DNA of 64,000 nucleotides from Escherichia coli (GTDB lineage Bacteria; Pseudomonadota; Gammaproteobacteria; Enterobacterales; Enterobacteriaceae): NCBI RefSeq assembly GCF_013122565.1, contig NZ_CP053258.1; one strand, 5' to 3'. Shown piece by piece: positions 53,531 to 64,000 of this stretch (position 1 is its first letter; each line of letters starts with the position of its first letter). The notes under the pieces were generated by a model. It saw only the letters and a program-made list of their open reading frames with translations, ran no database searches and was not told where the DNA came from. The position numbers and the translations under genes were made by a program.

Positions 53531-54055
53531 TTGTCATCCCTCCTCAGGGACGTAATAAGTTGATCCATCAATTATCAATGCATAGAAAACATCTTATGTT
53601 TCGCGTTTACGATTATGCGGCGTTATAGAGGAATGGTTCAATTATTCTTTCCCCTAAGTCCGATTGCGGACATATATAAAGCACGGAGGAACACATAAAA
53701 CAAAAATTGACAAAAACTTAATAATTCAACCAGTTAAACGAGATGTAATTTTTAATGTATATGCATTGAAAATATCAAAACCACAAACCAGATAAATAAT
53801 TTATCAATAAACAATGAACTTTAAAGCTTTCTGTTTTTGACAACACAACCAATTCTCCAAAAACAATAATCAAGGGCTATAAATAAAGATTAAAAATATT
53901 TTCAGTGAATATGAAATTATTGCTATTTCTATTACAAAGATGTCCTGGTCTCTCTTTCATTCTCTTCTTGTCAACATCGCGACAACTTTCGTAAAACACT
54001 CCTGCCCCGCATCAGGTATACTGTGCACCTTAATTCCACAAACATCAGGCAGACC

Positions 54056-55030
54056 ATGACAGACCTAATCCAACGCCCTCGTCGCCTGCGCAAATCTCCT
54101 GCGCTGCGCGCTATGTTTGAAGAGACAACACTTAGCCTTAACGACCTGGTGTTGCCGATCTTTGTTGAAGAAGAAATCGACGACTACAAAGCCGTTGAAG
54201 CCATGCCAGGCGTGATGCGCATTCCAGAAAAACATCTGGCGCGTGAGATCGAACGTATCGCCAACGCCGGTATTCGTTCGGTGATGACCTTCGGCATTTC
54301 CCACCATACCGATGAAACCGGCAGCGATGCCTGGCGGGAAGATGGACTGGTGGCGCGTATGTCGCGCATCTGCAAGCAGACCGTGCCAGAAATGATCGTG
54401 ATGTCAGATACTTGCTTTTGTGAATACACTTCTCACGGTCACTGCGGCGTGTTGTGCGATCACGGCGTTGATAACGATGCAACCCTGGTCAATCTGGGTA
54501 AACAGGCAGTAGTTGCCGCAGCTGCGGGTGCTGATTTCATCGCCCCTTCCGCCGCGATGGATGGTCAGGTGCAGGCGATTCGCCAGGCACTGGATGCCGC
54601 AGGCTTTACCGACACGGCAATCATGTCCTACTCAACGAAATTCGCCTCCTCTTTTTATGGCCCGTTCCGCGAAGCGGCAGGCAGTGCTCTAAAGGGCGAT
54701 CGCAAAAGCTATCAGATGAATCCAATGAACCGTCGCGAGGCGATTCATGAGTCGCTGCTGGATGAAGCTCAGGGCGCAGACTGCCTGATGGTAAAACCTG
54801 CCGGTCCGTACCTTGATATCCTGCGCGAATTGCGTGGGCGTACTGAACTGCCGATCGGCGCGTATCAGGTGAGCGGTGAGTACGCGATGATTAAGTTCGC
54901 CGCGCTGGCGGGTGCTATAGATGAAGAGAAAGTCGTGCTCGAAAGCTTAGGTTCAATTAAGCGTGCGGGTGCGGATCTGATTTTCAGCTACTTTGCGTTG
55001 GATTTGGCTGAGAAGAAGATTCTGCGTTAA
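54056..55030 (+). CDS. hemB: porphobilinogen synthase (delta-aminolevulinic acid dehydratase)
   Basis: Internal start [39 protein letters not shown] gives 324 aa. Confidence 0.95.
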   Translation: MTDLIQRPRRLRKSPALRAMFEETTLSLNDLVLPIFVEEEIDDYKAVEAMPGVMRIPEKHLAREIERIANAGIRSVMTFGISHHTDETGSDAWREDGLVARMSRICKQTVPEMIVMSDTCFCEYTSHGHCGVLCDHGVDNDATLVNLGKQAVVAAAAGADFIAPSAAMDGQVQAIRQALDAAGFTDTAIMSYSTKFASSFYGPFREAAGSALKGDRKSYQMNPMNRREAIHESLLDEAQGADCLMVKPAGPYLDILRELRGRTELPIGAYQVSGEYAMIKFAALAGAIDEEKVVLESLGSIKRAGADLIFSYFALDLAEKKILR

Positions 55031-55049
55031 TTCTGTTACCTCTCAGAAA

Positions 55050-55114
55050 GGGGGAGTTAACCTGTTGAAAGTACGGTGAACTCCCCCTCATCCTCTCCCC
55101 AAGGGGGCGAGAGG
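55050..55114. terminator. tandem hairpins between convergent hemB and tauD (likely bidirectional terminator)
   Basis: GGGGGAGTT...AACTCCCCC (9-bp stem) followed by imperfect palindrome CCTCTCCCCAAGGGGGCGAGAGG. Confidence 0.45.
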
Positions 55115-55130
55115 ACCGTCCGCGCTCGTA

Positions 55131-55982
55131 TCACCCCGCCCGATAAAACGGTTTATCCCCAAGGATCGTCGCCCGATGCATAATCCGCCGCTGTGGCAGG
55201 TAATCCGCATTAGCATAGTGCTGAGTCACGCGATTATCCCAAATCGCGATATCATTCGGTTGCCAGCGCCAGCGCACCTGAAACTCCGGTTTGGTGATAT
55301 GGGCGAATAAAAAGCTTAGCAAGGCTTCACTCTCTTTCTCGCTGACATCAACAATTCGCGTGGTAAAGCCTTCATTCACAAACAGCGCCTGTTTACCGCT
55401 CACCGGATGCGTTCGCACCACCGGATGTAGCAACGGCGGATTTTTCGCGACCGCCTCGCGCCAGCGTTGATGCTCCTCCTCGGTTTTGCGGTATTTGTAT
55501 TCCGGGAACGATTTACGGAAATCATGCTCGGCACGCAGCCCGCTCAGCAGCTGGCGGAAGGGAACAGAGAGCGCCTCATAGGCCGCAATACCACTGGTCC
55601 AGAGCGTATCGCCGCCGGTCGAGGGTAACTCTTTCGCCGCCAGAATCGCCCCTGCGGGTGGCGTTTCAATAAATGTCACATCGGTATGCCAGTTGTCGTT
55701 ATCCGGCGGATTATCGTTATGGGTATCCAGTACGATAATCTCCTCAACCCCTTCGGCATGAGGGTAAACAGGGTGAATATGCAGCTCGCCAAAACGCAGG
55801 GCCAGCGCGCGTTGCTGCTGCGGCGTAATGGCTTGATCGCGCAGAAACACCACCTGATGGCGCAGTACCGCATGGTAAAGCTGTTCAAACTGATTATCGC
55901 TTAACGGGCGCGTCAGGTCGGCACCCGAGATTTGTGCGCCAATATACGGCCCCAGCGGGGTAATGCTCAGACGTTCACTCAT
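55131..55982 (-). CDS. tauD: taurine dioxygenase (alpha-ketoglutarate dependent)
   Basis: 283-aa [53 protein letters not shown]..., matching TauD. Confidence 0.95.
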   Translation of the reverse strand: MSERLSITPLGPYIGAQISGADLTRPLSDNQFEQLYHAVLRHQVVFLRDQAITPQQQRALALRFGELHIHPVYPHAEGVEEIIVLDTHNDNPPDNDNWHTDVTFIETPPAGAILAAKELPSTGGDTLWTSGIAAYEALSVPFRQLLSGLRAEHDFRKSFPEYKYRKTEEEHQRWREAVAKNPPLLHPVVRTHPVSGKQALFVNEGFTTRIVDVSEKESEALLSFLFAHITKPEFQVRWRWQPNDIAIWDNRVTQHYANADYLPQRRIMHRATILGDKPFYRAG

Positions 55983-56806
55983 TGTACTTCTCCATGCCAG
56001 GGCGTCAGGCGGCGCTGTAACGCGCGCAGACCCAGTTCTAAAAGAAAGGCGATAATCGCAATCACCGCGATCCCCGCCAGCACCACGTCAGTCGCGAGAA
56101 ATTCACCCGCTGACTGCACCATAAATCCTAAACCGCGCGTTGCAGCAATCAGCTCCGCCGCTACCAGCGTAGACCAGCCCACACCCAGACCAATGCGTAA
56201 TCCGGTGAGGATTTCCGGCAGCGCGCCGGGTAAAATAACAAACCACAGCAGCTGCGCACGGCTGGCACCCAGCGACTGGGCGGCACGAATGCGAACCTGC
56301 TGCGCGCTTTTCACCCCCGCCAGCGCCGACATCGCCACCGGTGCAAAAATCGCTAAATAGATCAGTAAGATCTTCGAGGTTTCACCAATACCAAACCAGA
56401 TCACCATCAGCGGCAAATAGGCCAGCGGCGGCACCGGACGATAAAGCTCGATTATCGGATCGAGAATGCCGCGCACCGTCGGACTTAGCCCCATCGCGAT
56501 CCCAACCGGAATACCGATCAACACCGCCGCAATTAACGCCAGCACAATGCGCGTCAGGCTGGCGGCCAGATGCTGCCACAGGGTGGCGTCCATAAATCCC
56601 TGCGGCCCGGCAATGATGAGCAGTTTTGCCAGTACCTGTTGCGGCGGCGGCAAAAACAGCGGGCTAATCAGTTGCAGCGCTGCCACCGCCCACCATACAG
56701 TGAGTAAAACCGCTAACGTGCCAATGCTTAAAGTGACCTGACGCGAGAGCGGCCAGCGCCATTTCAGCCGCCGCGAATGCAGTTTTTCATTAATAAGCAC
56801 ACTCAT
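55979..56806 (-). CDS. tauC: taurine ABC transporter permease
   Basis: 275-aa multi-TM ORF with ABC permease EAA-like loop; overlaps tauD and tauB by 4 nt. Confidence 0.95.
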   Translation of the reverse strand: MSVLINEKLHSRRLKWRWPLSRQVTLSIGTLAVLLTVWWAVAALQLISPLFLPPPQQVLAKLLIIAGPQGFMDATLWQHLAASLTRIVLALIAAVLIGIPVGIAMGLSPTVRGILDPIIELYRPVPPLAYLPLMVIWFGIGETSKILLIYLAIFAPVAMSALAGVKSAQQVRIRAAQSLGASRAQLLWFVILPGALPEILTGLRIGLGVGWSTLVAAELIAATRGLGFMVQSAGEFLATDVVLAGIAVIAIIAFLLELGLRALQRRLTPWHGEVQ

Positions 56807-57570
56807 GAGAACGCCTCCCGTTGCTCAAATACGCGGCTTAAAACATATTCGCGCATGGCGATGAATTGTGGATCGGACTTGATGCTGCGGCTCGACTCTC
56901 CCGCAACAAAGCGGCGAGCAAAGTTGAGCGGCAGCCGCTCCAGCACGCGGCCAGGGCCGGGTGAAAGCAGAACCAGTTCAGTCGCCATAAACACCGCTTC
57001 TTCTATATCGTGGGTAATCAACAACACCTGCTTGCCCGTCTCCTGCCAGAGTTTCAGCAGCAGGGTTTGCATCTGGTCGCGGGTGAAGGCGTCCAGCGCA
57101 CCAAACGGTTCGTCGAGTAATAACAGCTGGGGATTTGCCGCCAGCGCGCGGGCAATCCCCACCCGCTGACGTTGACCGCCGGAAAGCTGCCAGATGTAGC
57201 GTTTTTCTGCGCCTTCCAGCCCCACTTTTTTCAGCATCTGGTGCGCGATTTCCAGTCGCTGCATTTTCTCAACACCTGCCAGTTGCAGGCCGAATGCCAC
57301 GTTGTCCCGTACATTGCGCCACGGCAGCAGTCCTTCATTCTGAAAAACTACGCCACGCTCTGCTCCCGGTCCCTCAATGCCCTTACCCGCCAGTTGAATA
57401 CTGCCATGCTGATAAGGCACAAAACCGGCAATCAGATTCAGCAGGGTGGTTTTGCCGCAGCCGGACGGCCCCAGCACCACCAGTAGCTCGCCGCTTTCCA
57501 GCGTCAGGTTGATATCTTCCAGCGCCGGTTTGCCGCCATAATCGGCATAGAGATGAGAGATTTGCAGCAT
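56803..57570 (-). CDS. tauB: taurine ABC transporter ATP-binding protein
   Basis: 255-aa ORF with Walker A (GPSGCGKTT), signature LSGGQRQRV and Walker B ([11 protein letters not shown]). Confidence 0.95.
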   Translation of the reverse strand: MLQISHLYADYGGKPALEDINLTLESGELLVVLGPSGCGKTTLLNLIAGFVPYQHGSIQLAGKGIEGPGAERGVVFQNEGLLPWRNVRDNVAFGLQLAGVEKMQRLEIAHQMLKKVGLEGAEKRYIWQLSGGQRQRVGIARALAANPQLLLLDEPFGALDAFTRDQMQTLLLKLWQETGKQVLLITHDIEEAVFMATELVLLSPGPGRVLERLPLNFARRFVAGESSRSIKSDPQFIAMREYVLSRVFEQREAFS

Positions 57571-57582
57571 CTGCGCCTCCTT

Positions 57583-58545
57583 TTATTGCACGAAGCGCGA
57601 GGTAACATACTGGCTGTAATCATTCGCCACGGCCGGGACTTTGCCCTGCTCTTTCAAAAACTGCGCGGTGTCGATGATCGCTTTGTTCACCGGTCCGGTC
57701 AGTTCTGCCGTTTGTTGCTGCGGTGTCAGATAGGTATTCCCCTTCACCAGCCCCGGAACGTCACCTTCCGGCACGCCGCTTAAACGCGCCAGTTTGCTGA
57801 TGTTTTCCGGCTGTTTCAGCCACGCGTCAGGGTTAGCAATGTACGGTTGCTGAGCATCGATGGCGCTTTTGGCGAACGCTTTCACTACCTCAGGATGTTT
57901 CTCGGCAAAATCTTTGCGCACCACCCAGACATCCAGCGTTGGCGCGCCCCATTGCCCAACCTGTTCAGAATCGGTCAGTACCTTGCCGTCTTTTTCCAGG
58001 GCGTTAACCGCCGGCGCCCAGACATAAGCACCATCAATATCTCCCCGCTGCCAGGCGGCGATAATCGCGGGCGGCTGCAGGTTCACAATCTCCACTTGCC
58101 CAGGTTTTATGCCCCAGTGTTTCAGCGCCGCCAGCAGGCTGTAGTGGGTGGTAGAGATAAACGGTACGGCGATGCGTTTGCCAATCAGATCTTCCGGTTT
58201 GCTGATAGTTTTCTTTACCACCAGTGCTTCGGAGTTACCCAGTTTTGACGCCAGCAAGAAGACTTCAATCGGCACCTGTTGGCTGGCTGCAACCGCTAAC
58301 GGGCTGGAACCGAGGTTGCCGATTTGCACGTCGCCTGAAGCCAGCGCCCGCACGATGCTGGCTCCGCTGTCAAACTTACGCCAGTCCACGGTTGCTCCGC
58401 TTTCTTTAGCAAAGGTGTTGTCGGCCTGAGCCACTTTCGCCGGTTCGGCTGAGGTTTGATACGCCACGGTGACGTTCACCGCCTGTGCCTGAAAAGCGAT
58501 GAATGCCAGCGCGGCAAGAAGTGTGTTACGCGATGAAATTGCCAT
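57583..58545 (-). CDS. tauA: taurine ABC transporter periplasmic binding protein
   Basis: 320-aa ORF with signal peptide (MAISSRNTLLAALAFIAFQAQA); first gene of tauABCD. Confidence 0.95.
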   Translation of the reverse strand: MAISSRNTLLAALAFIAFQAQAVNVTVAYQTSAEPAKVAQADNTFAKESGATVDWRKFDSGASIVRALASGDVQIGNLGSSPLAVAASQQVPIEVFLLASKLGNSEALVVKKTISKPEDLIGKRIAVPFISTTHYSLLAALKHWGIKPGQVEIVNLQPPAIIAAWQRGDIDGAYVWAPAVNALEKDGKVLTDSEQVGQWGAPTLDVWVVRKDFAEKHPEVVKAFAKSAIDAQQPYIANPDAWLKQPENISKLARLSGVPEGDVPGLVKGNTYLTPQQQTAELTGPVNKAIIDTAQFLKEQGKVPAVANDYSQYVTSRFVQ

Positions 58546-58847
58546 GATTGTCTGCTCCCCTGTCTTGTTATGGGAGCAGTATTTCGTTGCGGGTCAGTTT
58601 GATAAAGGAATTAAAAGGTCTTGTTAAGAACAAAGCGTTTTTAGAAAAAAATCGGCAATGGTTAGCGAGTTTGCGCATTTTGCGGTTTTGGCGAACGTAT
58701 CCCGCCGGTTCACAAGCCAGATAAGATGTGTGCGCTCCGGCAAATTATTGCCATTTTGTTACATCCATTCCATATCTGTCGCTGGTTGATTGCCAGCGCC
58801 GCGCCGTGATGCATGATAGGAGAATTAGATAATAAGAGAAGAAAAGT

Positions 58848-59477
58848 ATGATTCGGGTAGTGCTGGTGGATGACCATGTGGTGGTGCGCTCTGGCTTCGC
58901 ACAATTACTCTCTCTGGAAGACGATCTGGAGGTCATTGGTCAGTACAGTAGTGCCGCGCAGGCATGGTCGGCATTAATCCGTGATGACGTCAATGTTGCC
59001 GTCATTGATATTGCCATGCCGGACGAAAACGGCCTCAGTTTGCTTAAGCGCCTGCGTGCACAAAAACCGCAATTTCGCGCCATTATTCTTAGCATTTATG
59101 ACGCGCCAACCTTTGTGCAAAGCGCGCTGGATGCCGGTGCCAGCGGGTATTTAACCAAACGCTGTGGGCCGGAAGAGTTAGTGCAGGCGGTGCGCTCGGT
59201 CGGGCTGGGCGGGCATTATCTCTGTGCCGATGCGATTCGGGCTTTACGCGGCGGCGGGCAACCCGCCCAGGCGCTGGAAATTCTCACCCCACGAGAACGT
59301 GAAGTGTTTGATTTACTGGTCAAAGGAGACAGCGTTAAAGAGATCGCCTTTAAACTCGAACTCAGTCATAAAACGGTACATGTGCATCGCGCCAATGTGC
59401 TGGGAAAACTGAACTGCCATAGCACCATTGAACTGGTACATTTTGCGCTCGACCACCATCTGCTGGCGGGGCATTAA
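58848..59477 (+). CDS. NarL/FixJ-family response regulator, UhpA paralogue
   Basis: 209-aa ORF MIRVVLVDDHVVVRSGFAQLLSLEDDLEVIG...: receiver domain plus LuxR-type HTH (LTPREREVFDLLVKGDSVKEIAFKLELSHKTVHVHRANVLGKL); similar to but clearly distinct from UhpA as I remember it; stop overlaps the kinase start (TAATG). Confidence 0.85.
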   Translation: MIRVVLVDDHVVVRSGFAQLLSLEDDLEVIGQYSSAAQAWSALIRDDVNVAVIDIAMPDENGLSLLKRLRAQKPQFRAIILSIYDAPTFVQSALDAGASGYLTKRCGPEELVQAVRSVGLGGHYLCADAIRALRGGGQPAQALEILTPREREVFDLLVKGDSVKEIAFKLELSHKTVHVHRANVLGKLNCHSTIELVHFALDHHLLAGH

Positions 59478-61018
59478 TGTCGCGCAATCTTCGTCATTGG
59501 GTGATTTCGCTGTTTATTGTGCTGGCCTGGGGAACCGGCTGGCTGATGCTGTGGACGCTCAGTTTTTATCTGACCAATAACGGTCAACAGGCGGCGCTGT
59601 TTCTCCCGCAGGGAGTTTATCTCGCCCTTGTTATTTTGCTCTCTCGCCGCTACTGGCCTGCGTTGGTACTCCCCCCTTTGCTGATGATGTTCTGGCTCCA
59701 TAGTGAACAGCTATTGAACGGTTATCTCATGCTGGCAACGCCGGTTATTAGCCTGTTTCCTGCCCTCCTTGCGCAAAACTTCTGGCACCGTTTTCCACTT
59801 TACTGGCAGCGTCTGACGTTGCTGTTAGCTACTGTCACGGCAGCTTCATTGTTGAATACCGCCCTGCTCTCCCCTTTTATGTCAGGCCCAATAATGCTGC
59901 CGGGTTTGACCTCATTTACCGGCGGCGTATTACTGACGCCGTTTGTCTATCTTATCTTTGAGTTTCTGCGCCAGCAGCATCGCTACCAGCTCCTGGGACT
60001 CGATACGCATAATCCCCCCTTGCGTACCTCTTTAATCATCTGGTGTAGCCTGTTTTTTATCATTGGTATCGGCACTCAGATGGTGCTGTCACCTGAAATT
60101 GAGCGTCTGCTGTTGATCGTGGTCTTTTTGCCCAATGTGGTGATGGCGTGGAAATTTGGCTGGCAAGGTGGCGTACTCTCCGGGCTTTTGGGCAGCATGA
60201 TGATCACCATCGCCCGCCAGATTGGCGTGGGCTTTAGTAACCTGGTGGAGCTGGAGATTTTCCTCGCGACCCAGGCCTTGCTGGGAATTGGCCTGGGCAT
60301 TGCCATCAGTCGCCAGCAACATCTGGCGCTAAACCTGCACCATTACCGACAACGGCTGGAGGCCGAGCTGGCAGCGCGGCGGGCATTGGCGGAAAAGTTG
60401 ATCCACACCGAGGAGGACACGCGAAAAAACCTGGCGCGAGAGCTGCACGACGAAATCGGTCAGAACATCACCGCCATTCAGATCCAGTCGCAACTGGTGA
60501 AGCGGGCGCGTGATCCGGCGCAAATTCAATCCGCAGCCAGCCAAATCAATGAGCTCGCCCGCCGCATTCATCTCTCCACCCGCCAATTGCTGCGCCAGTT
60601 GCGGCCTCCCGCGCTTGATGAACTGACATTTCGCGAAGCGTTGTTGCATCTGATTAATGAATTTGCCTTTGGTGAACGCGGCATTCATTGCCAGTTTGCC
60701 TATCAACTGAACTCCACACCAGAAAACGAAACGGTGCGCTTTACCTTGTATCGGTTATTGCAGGAGTTGCTCAATAACGTCTGTAAACACGCCGAAGCCA
60801 GCGAAGTGACGATTATCCTGCGCCAGCAGGGAGAGGTATTGCATCTGGAGGTCAGCGACAACGGTGTGGGGATCGCCAGCGGGAAAATGGCCGGATTTGG
60901 CATTCAGGGGATGCGTGAGCGCGTCAGCGCCCTGGGCGGCGACTTAACGCTCGAAAAACAGCACGGCACGCGGGTAATTGTTAACTTGCCCACATTTTTG
61001 CAACAAATCGCCGGATAA
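59477..61018 (+). CDS. sensor histidine kinase with MASE1 membrane domain, UhpB paralogue
   Basis: 513-aa ORF: N-terminal multi-TM domain, HisKA_3 motif (LARELHDEIGQNITAI), C-terminal HATPase (G-boxes DNGVGI, GFGIQGMRER); architecture and length like UhpB (500 aa). Confidence 0.85.
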   Translation: MSRNLRHWVISLFIVLAWGTGWLMLWTLSFYLTNNGQQAALFLPQGVYLALVILLSRRYWPALVLPPLLMMFWLHSEQLLNGYLMLATPVISLFPALLAQNFWHRFPLYWQRLTLLLATVTAASLLNTALLSPFMSGPIMLPGLTSFTGGVLLTPFVYLIFEFLRQQHRYQLLGLDTHNPPLRTSLIIWCSLFFIIGIGTQMVLSPEIERLLLIVVFLPNVVMAWKFGWQGGVLSGLLGSMMITIARQIGVGFSNLVELEIFLATQALLGIGLGIAISRQQHLALNLHHYRQRLEAELAARRALAEKLIHTEEDTRKNLARELHDEIGQNITAIQIQSQLVKRARDPAQIQSAASQINELARRIHLSTRQLLRQLRPPALDELTFREALLHLINEFAFGERGIHCQFAYQLNSTPENETVRFTLYRLLQELLNNVCKHAEASEVTIILRQQGEVLHLEVSDNGVGIASGKMAGFGIQGMRERVSALGGDLTLEKQHGTRVIVNLPTFLQQIAG

Positions 61019-61090
61019 CCAGGAAAAAGTCTTAGGTATCCCGGATTTTCTCTCATCCCCTTTCACTTTCATTTTCATATAGTCAGCAAC

Positions 61091-62407
61091 ATGGAGACAA
61101 CCATGCACGCGCGTTCAGCGAGAGAAATTAATCAATGCTACCGGACATTACGTCCGCGATTGCTGATGTGCATGATTATTGGCTACGCCGCATTTTATCT
61201 GACGCGAAAAAGCGTGAATTACGTCCTTCCGGCGCTACAAACCGACCTCGGACTGGATAAAGGCGACATTGGCCTGCTGGGTTCGCTGTTTTATCTCAGC
61301 TACGGATTGTCGAAATTTACCGCCGGACTGTGGCATGACAGCCACGGACAACGCGGTTTTATGGGCGTCGGCTTGTTCGCCACCGGGTTATTGAACGTGG
61401 TGTTTGCCTTTGGCGAATCACTTACGCTTCTGCTTGTGGTCTGGACACTGAACGGTTTTTTTCAGGGCTGGGGATGGCCACCGTGTGCCCGCTTGCTGAC
61501 CCACTGGTACTCACGCAATGAGCGCGGTTTCTGGTGGGGCTGCTGGAATATGTCGATCAACATTGGCGGAGCGATTATTCCGCTGATTAGCGCCTTTGCC
61601 GCCCACTGGTGGGGCTGGCAGGCCGCGATGCTGACACCGGGGATAATCAGCATGGCATTAGGGATCTGGTTAACGCTACAACTCAAAGGCACGCCCCAGG
61701 AAGAGGGATTACCGACAGTTGGTCACTGGCGTCACGATCCGCTGGAGTTACGTCAGGAACAACAAAGTCCGCCGATGGGGCTGTGGCAAATGTTGCGCAC
61801 CACCATGCTGCAAAATCCGCTGATCTGGCTACTGGGCGTCTCTTATGTACTGGTTTATGTGATCCGGATTGCGCTTAACGACTGGGGCAATATCTGGCTG
61901 ACGGAAAGCCACGGTGTCAACCTGCTCAGCGCCAACGCCACGGTAATGCTGTTTGAAGTGGGCGGCTTACTCGGCGCGTTATTTGCCGGATGGGGATCGG
62001 ATCTGCTGTTTAGCGGGCAACGAGCGCCAATGATTTTGCTGTTCACGTTGGGGTTGATGGTGTCAGTCGCCGCACTGTGGCTGGCACCGGTTCATCACTA
62101 CGCTCTGCTGGCAGTGTGCTTTTTTACCGTGGGCTTTTTCGTCTTTGGCCCACAAATGCTGATTGGACTTGCGGCGGTGGAGTGTGGGCACAAAGCTGCG
62201 GCGGGTTCAATCACCGGATTTCTCGGCCTGTTCGCTTACCTTGGCGCGGCGCTGGCAGGCTGGCCGCTGTCGCTGGTCATCGAACGCTACGGCTGGCCGG
62301 GAATGTTCAGTTTACTCTCGGTCGCCGCAGTACTTATGGGTTTACTGCTGATGCCGTTACTGATGGCGGGCATCACCACCACTCACGCTCGAAGGATAAA
62401 ACAATGA
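61091..62407 (+). CDS. MFS sugar-phosphate sensor/transporter, UhpC paralogue
   Basis: 438-aa 12-TM MFS ORF; shares conserved blocks with UhpC/UhpT/GlpT (YAAFYLTRKS, WYSRNERGFWWGCWN, FFVFGPQMLIGLAA); stop overlaps the next gene start (ATGA). Confidence 0.85.
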   Translation: METTMHARSAREINQCYRTLRPRLLMCMIIGYAAFYLTRKSVNYVLPALQTDLGLDKGDIGLLGSLFYLSYGLSKFTAGLWHDSHGQRGFMGVGLFATGLLNVVFAFGESLTLLLVVWTLNGFFQGWGWPPCARLLTHWYSRNERGFWWGCWNMSINIGGAIIPLISAFAAHWWGWQAAMLTPGIISMALGIWLTLQLKGTPQEEGLPTVGHWRHDPLELRQEQQSPPMGLWQMLRTTMLQNPLIWLLGVSYVLVYVIRIALNDWGNIWLTESHGVNLLSANATVMLFEVGGLLGALFAGWGSDLLFSGQRAPMILLFTLGLMVSVAALWLAPVHHYALLAVCFFTVGFFVFGPQMLIGLAAVECGHKAAAGSITGFLGLFAYLGAALAGWPLSLVIERYGWPGMFSLLSVAAVLMGLLLMPLLMAGITTTHARRIKQ

Positions 62408-63435
62408 AAATGACCTTTACCTCTACTCTGATTGCTTCTGCCGTTGCGCTGGCGACTTTAACGGGTGCCGCGCAGGCAAAAGGCCGGCTGGTGGTCTATT
62501 GCAGCGCCACCAATGAAATGTGTGAGGCCGAAACCAAAGCGTTTGGCGAGAAATATGATGTAAAAACCTCGTTTATCCGCAACGGTTCCGGAAGCACCCT
62601 GGCAAAAGTCGATGCTGAAAAGAAAAACCCCCAGGCTGACGTCTGGTACGGCGGCACTTTAGACCCGCAATCGCAGGCTGGCGAGATGGGCCTGCTACAG
62701 GCGTATAAATCCCCTACCCTTGAGCAGATCATGGAGAAATTCCGCGATCCGGCAAAAGTGAAAGGGAATCTGTCCTCTGCCGTTTATGTGGGGATCCTCG
62801 GTTTTGGCGTAAACACCGATCGTCTGAAAGAGAAAAACCTGCCGGTGCCGAAGTGCTGGAAAGATCTCACCAAACCGGAATATAAAGGCGAAATTCAAAT
62901 TGCCGATCCGCAAAGTTCCGGTACTGCCTACACCGCCCTGGCTACTTTTGCGCAGCTGTGGGGGGAAGATCAGGCCTTTGATTATCTAAAACAACTGAAC
63001 GCCAACGTCTCTCAGTACACCAAATCAGGCATAGCCCCGGCACGTAACGCCGCCCGTGGCGAAACGGCGATTGGTATTGGCTTCCTGCATGACTACTCGC
63101 TGGAAAAAGAACAGGGCGCGCCGCTGGAGTTGATTTCCCCGTGTGAAGGTACGGGCTACGAAATTGGCGGCGTCAGCATTCTGAAAGGCGCGCGCAACCT
63201 CGACAACGCCAAACTGTTTGTGGACTGGGTATTATCAAAAGAAGCTCAGGAACTGGCGTGGAAGAAAGGGAAGTCTTATCAGATCCTGACCAATACCACC
63301 GCCGAAACGTCGCCAAATTCGCTGAAGCTCGACGACCTGAAATTAATCAACTACGACATGGATAAATATGGTTCCACGGATGTTCGTAAGGCATTGATTA
63401 ATAAATGGGTCAGCGAAGTGAAGATGGGTAAATAA
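62404..63435 (+). CDS. afuA: periplasmic substrate-binding protein of AfuA/FbpA family (sugar-phosphate or iron ABC importer)
   Basis: Start ATG at 62404 (MKMTFTSTLIASAVALATLTGAAQA signal peptide) gives 343 aa; the track ORF 62077-63435 carries a spurious N-terminal extension overlapping the previous gene. Confidence 0.8.
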   Translation: MKMTFTSTLIASAVALATLTGAAQAKGRLVVYCSATNEMCEAETKAFGEKYDVKTSFIRNGSGSTLAKVDAEKKNPQADVWYGGTLDPQSQAGEMGLLQAYKSPTLEQIMEKFRDPAKVKGNLSSAVYVGILGFGVNTDRLKEKNLPVPKCWKDLTKPEYKGEIQIADPQSSGTAYTALATFAQLWGEDQAFDYLKQLNANVSQYTKSGIAPARNAARGETAIGIGFLHDYSLEKEQGAPLELISPCEGTGYEIGGVSILKGARNLDNAKLFVDWVLSKEAQELAWKKGKSYQILTNTTAETSPNSLKLDDLKLINYDMDKYGSTDVRKALINKWVSEVKMGK

Positions 63436-63503
63436 ACCCGCATTAGGCGTATTTGCCGGGTGCAGCACAAACGCCTGCCCCGGCCAACCATACCGGAACT
63501 ACT

Positions 63504-64000
63504 ATGTCACAGACACTTGCACTCCATCCCGTGAAAAAGCGGGATGCGATTTTCCTTTGGGTTTTGCTGGGCTGGCTGGCATTTATACTGTTGCCGAGCT
63601 GGAGCCTCGATTATGGCCTGCTGGAGTCCACGAGTGATGAGATCCTCGAGGCTTATGGCTGGTCGCATTTTAATATCAGCTGGCTGTGGTATTTGTTACC
63701 GAGTCTGTTGCTGGTTCGCCCGTTTCGTGAGGTCACACGCGAACAGCGTAGTCGTCATTATTTTGATGCCAGCTGGGCATTGCTCTGTATGGCGTTTATC
63801 GTCATCAGCGCCACCGTGGCTGGACGCGGTTTAGGCTACGCCGCCATCGTGCTGTTTGTTGAACTAGGCGCGATTATGACGCTGGCCTTAACCCGCCTCG
63901 AATGGCTGGGCGGCGACCGCTTCGTGATCGGCTCACTGATTGCGATTGTGGCGCTGATTGGCATTTTTATCGTCTGGCCGAGCATCGCCATTTTTATCCC
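63504..64000 (+). CDS. afuB: ABC transporter permease (AfuB/FbpB-like), N-terminal fragment continuing past window end
   Basis: Open frame from ATG 63504 (MSQTLALHPVKKRDAIFLWVLLGWLAFILLPSWSLDYGLL...) with no stop to position 64000; hydrophobic helices. Not in the ORF track because it is truncated. Confidence 0.7.
   Translation, partial: MSQTLALHPVKKRDAIFLWVLLGWLAFILLPSWSLDYGLLESTSDEILEAYGWSHFNISWLWYLLPSLLLVRPFREVTREQRSRHYFDASWALLCMAFIVISATVAGRGLGYAAIVLFVELGAIMTLALTRLEWLGGDRFVIGSLIAIVALIGIFIVWPSIAIFI

Noticed and set aside
62077-62403. N-terminal extension of the track ORF 62077-63435 (452 aa)
   Set aside because: The extension overlaps the 3' end of the UhpC-like gene in another frame; the true start of the binding protein is the ATG at 62404 followed by a canonical signal peptide.
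63544-63834. 96-aa Cys/Arg-rich ORF on the plus strand
   Set aside because: Different frame from the continuous hydrophobic AfuB-like permease frame starting at 63504, which is the plausible gene.

Overview
This window is Escherichia coli core chromosome, matching the K-12 dxs-to-tauA region (about 9 to 8.5 min) read in the opposite direction to K-12 numbering. Gene identities come from reading the supplied translations against remembered K-12 proteins; no database search was run. The conserved backbone is dxs' - yajO - pgpA - thiL - nusB - ribE - ribD - nrdR - yajI - tsx - yajD - secF - secD - yajC - tgt - queA - acpH - malZ - proY - brnQ - phoR - phoB - sbcD - sbcC - araJ - mak - rdgC - ppnP - aroM - yaiA - aroL - yaiI - proC - dgcC - psiF - phoA - iraP - ddlA - yaiZ - yaiY - yaiW - sbmA - ampH - yaiV - yaiT - hemB - tauDCBA. 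Several segments interrupt it that I do not remember from K-12: (1) an AT-rich pentapeptide-repeat gene between yajO and pgpA; (2) a parDE-type toxin-antitoxin pair between yajD and secF; (3) an AT-rich 451-aa orphan gene between acpH and malZ; (4) an AT-rich two-gene module (762-aa secreted repeat protein plus 151-aa partner) between rdgC and ppnP; (5) an apparently intact 987-aa yaiT autotransporter; (6) a UhpABC-like sensing module followed by an AfuABC-type ABC importer upstream of tauA. The strongest candidates for an undescribed system are (4) and (3), which I cannot assign to any family by eye. No tRNA, rRNA, CRISPR array, IS element or integrase gene was seen.
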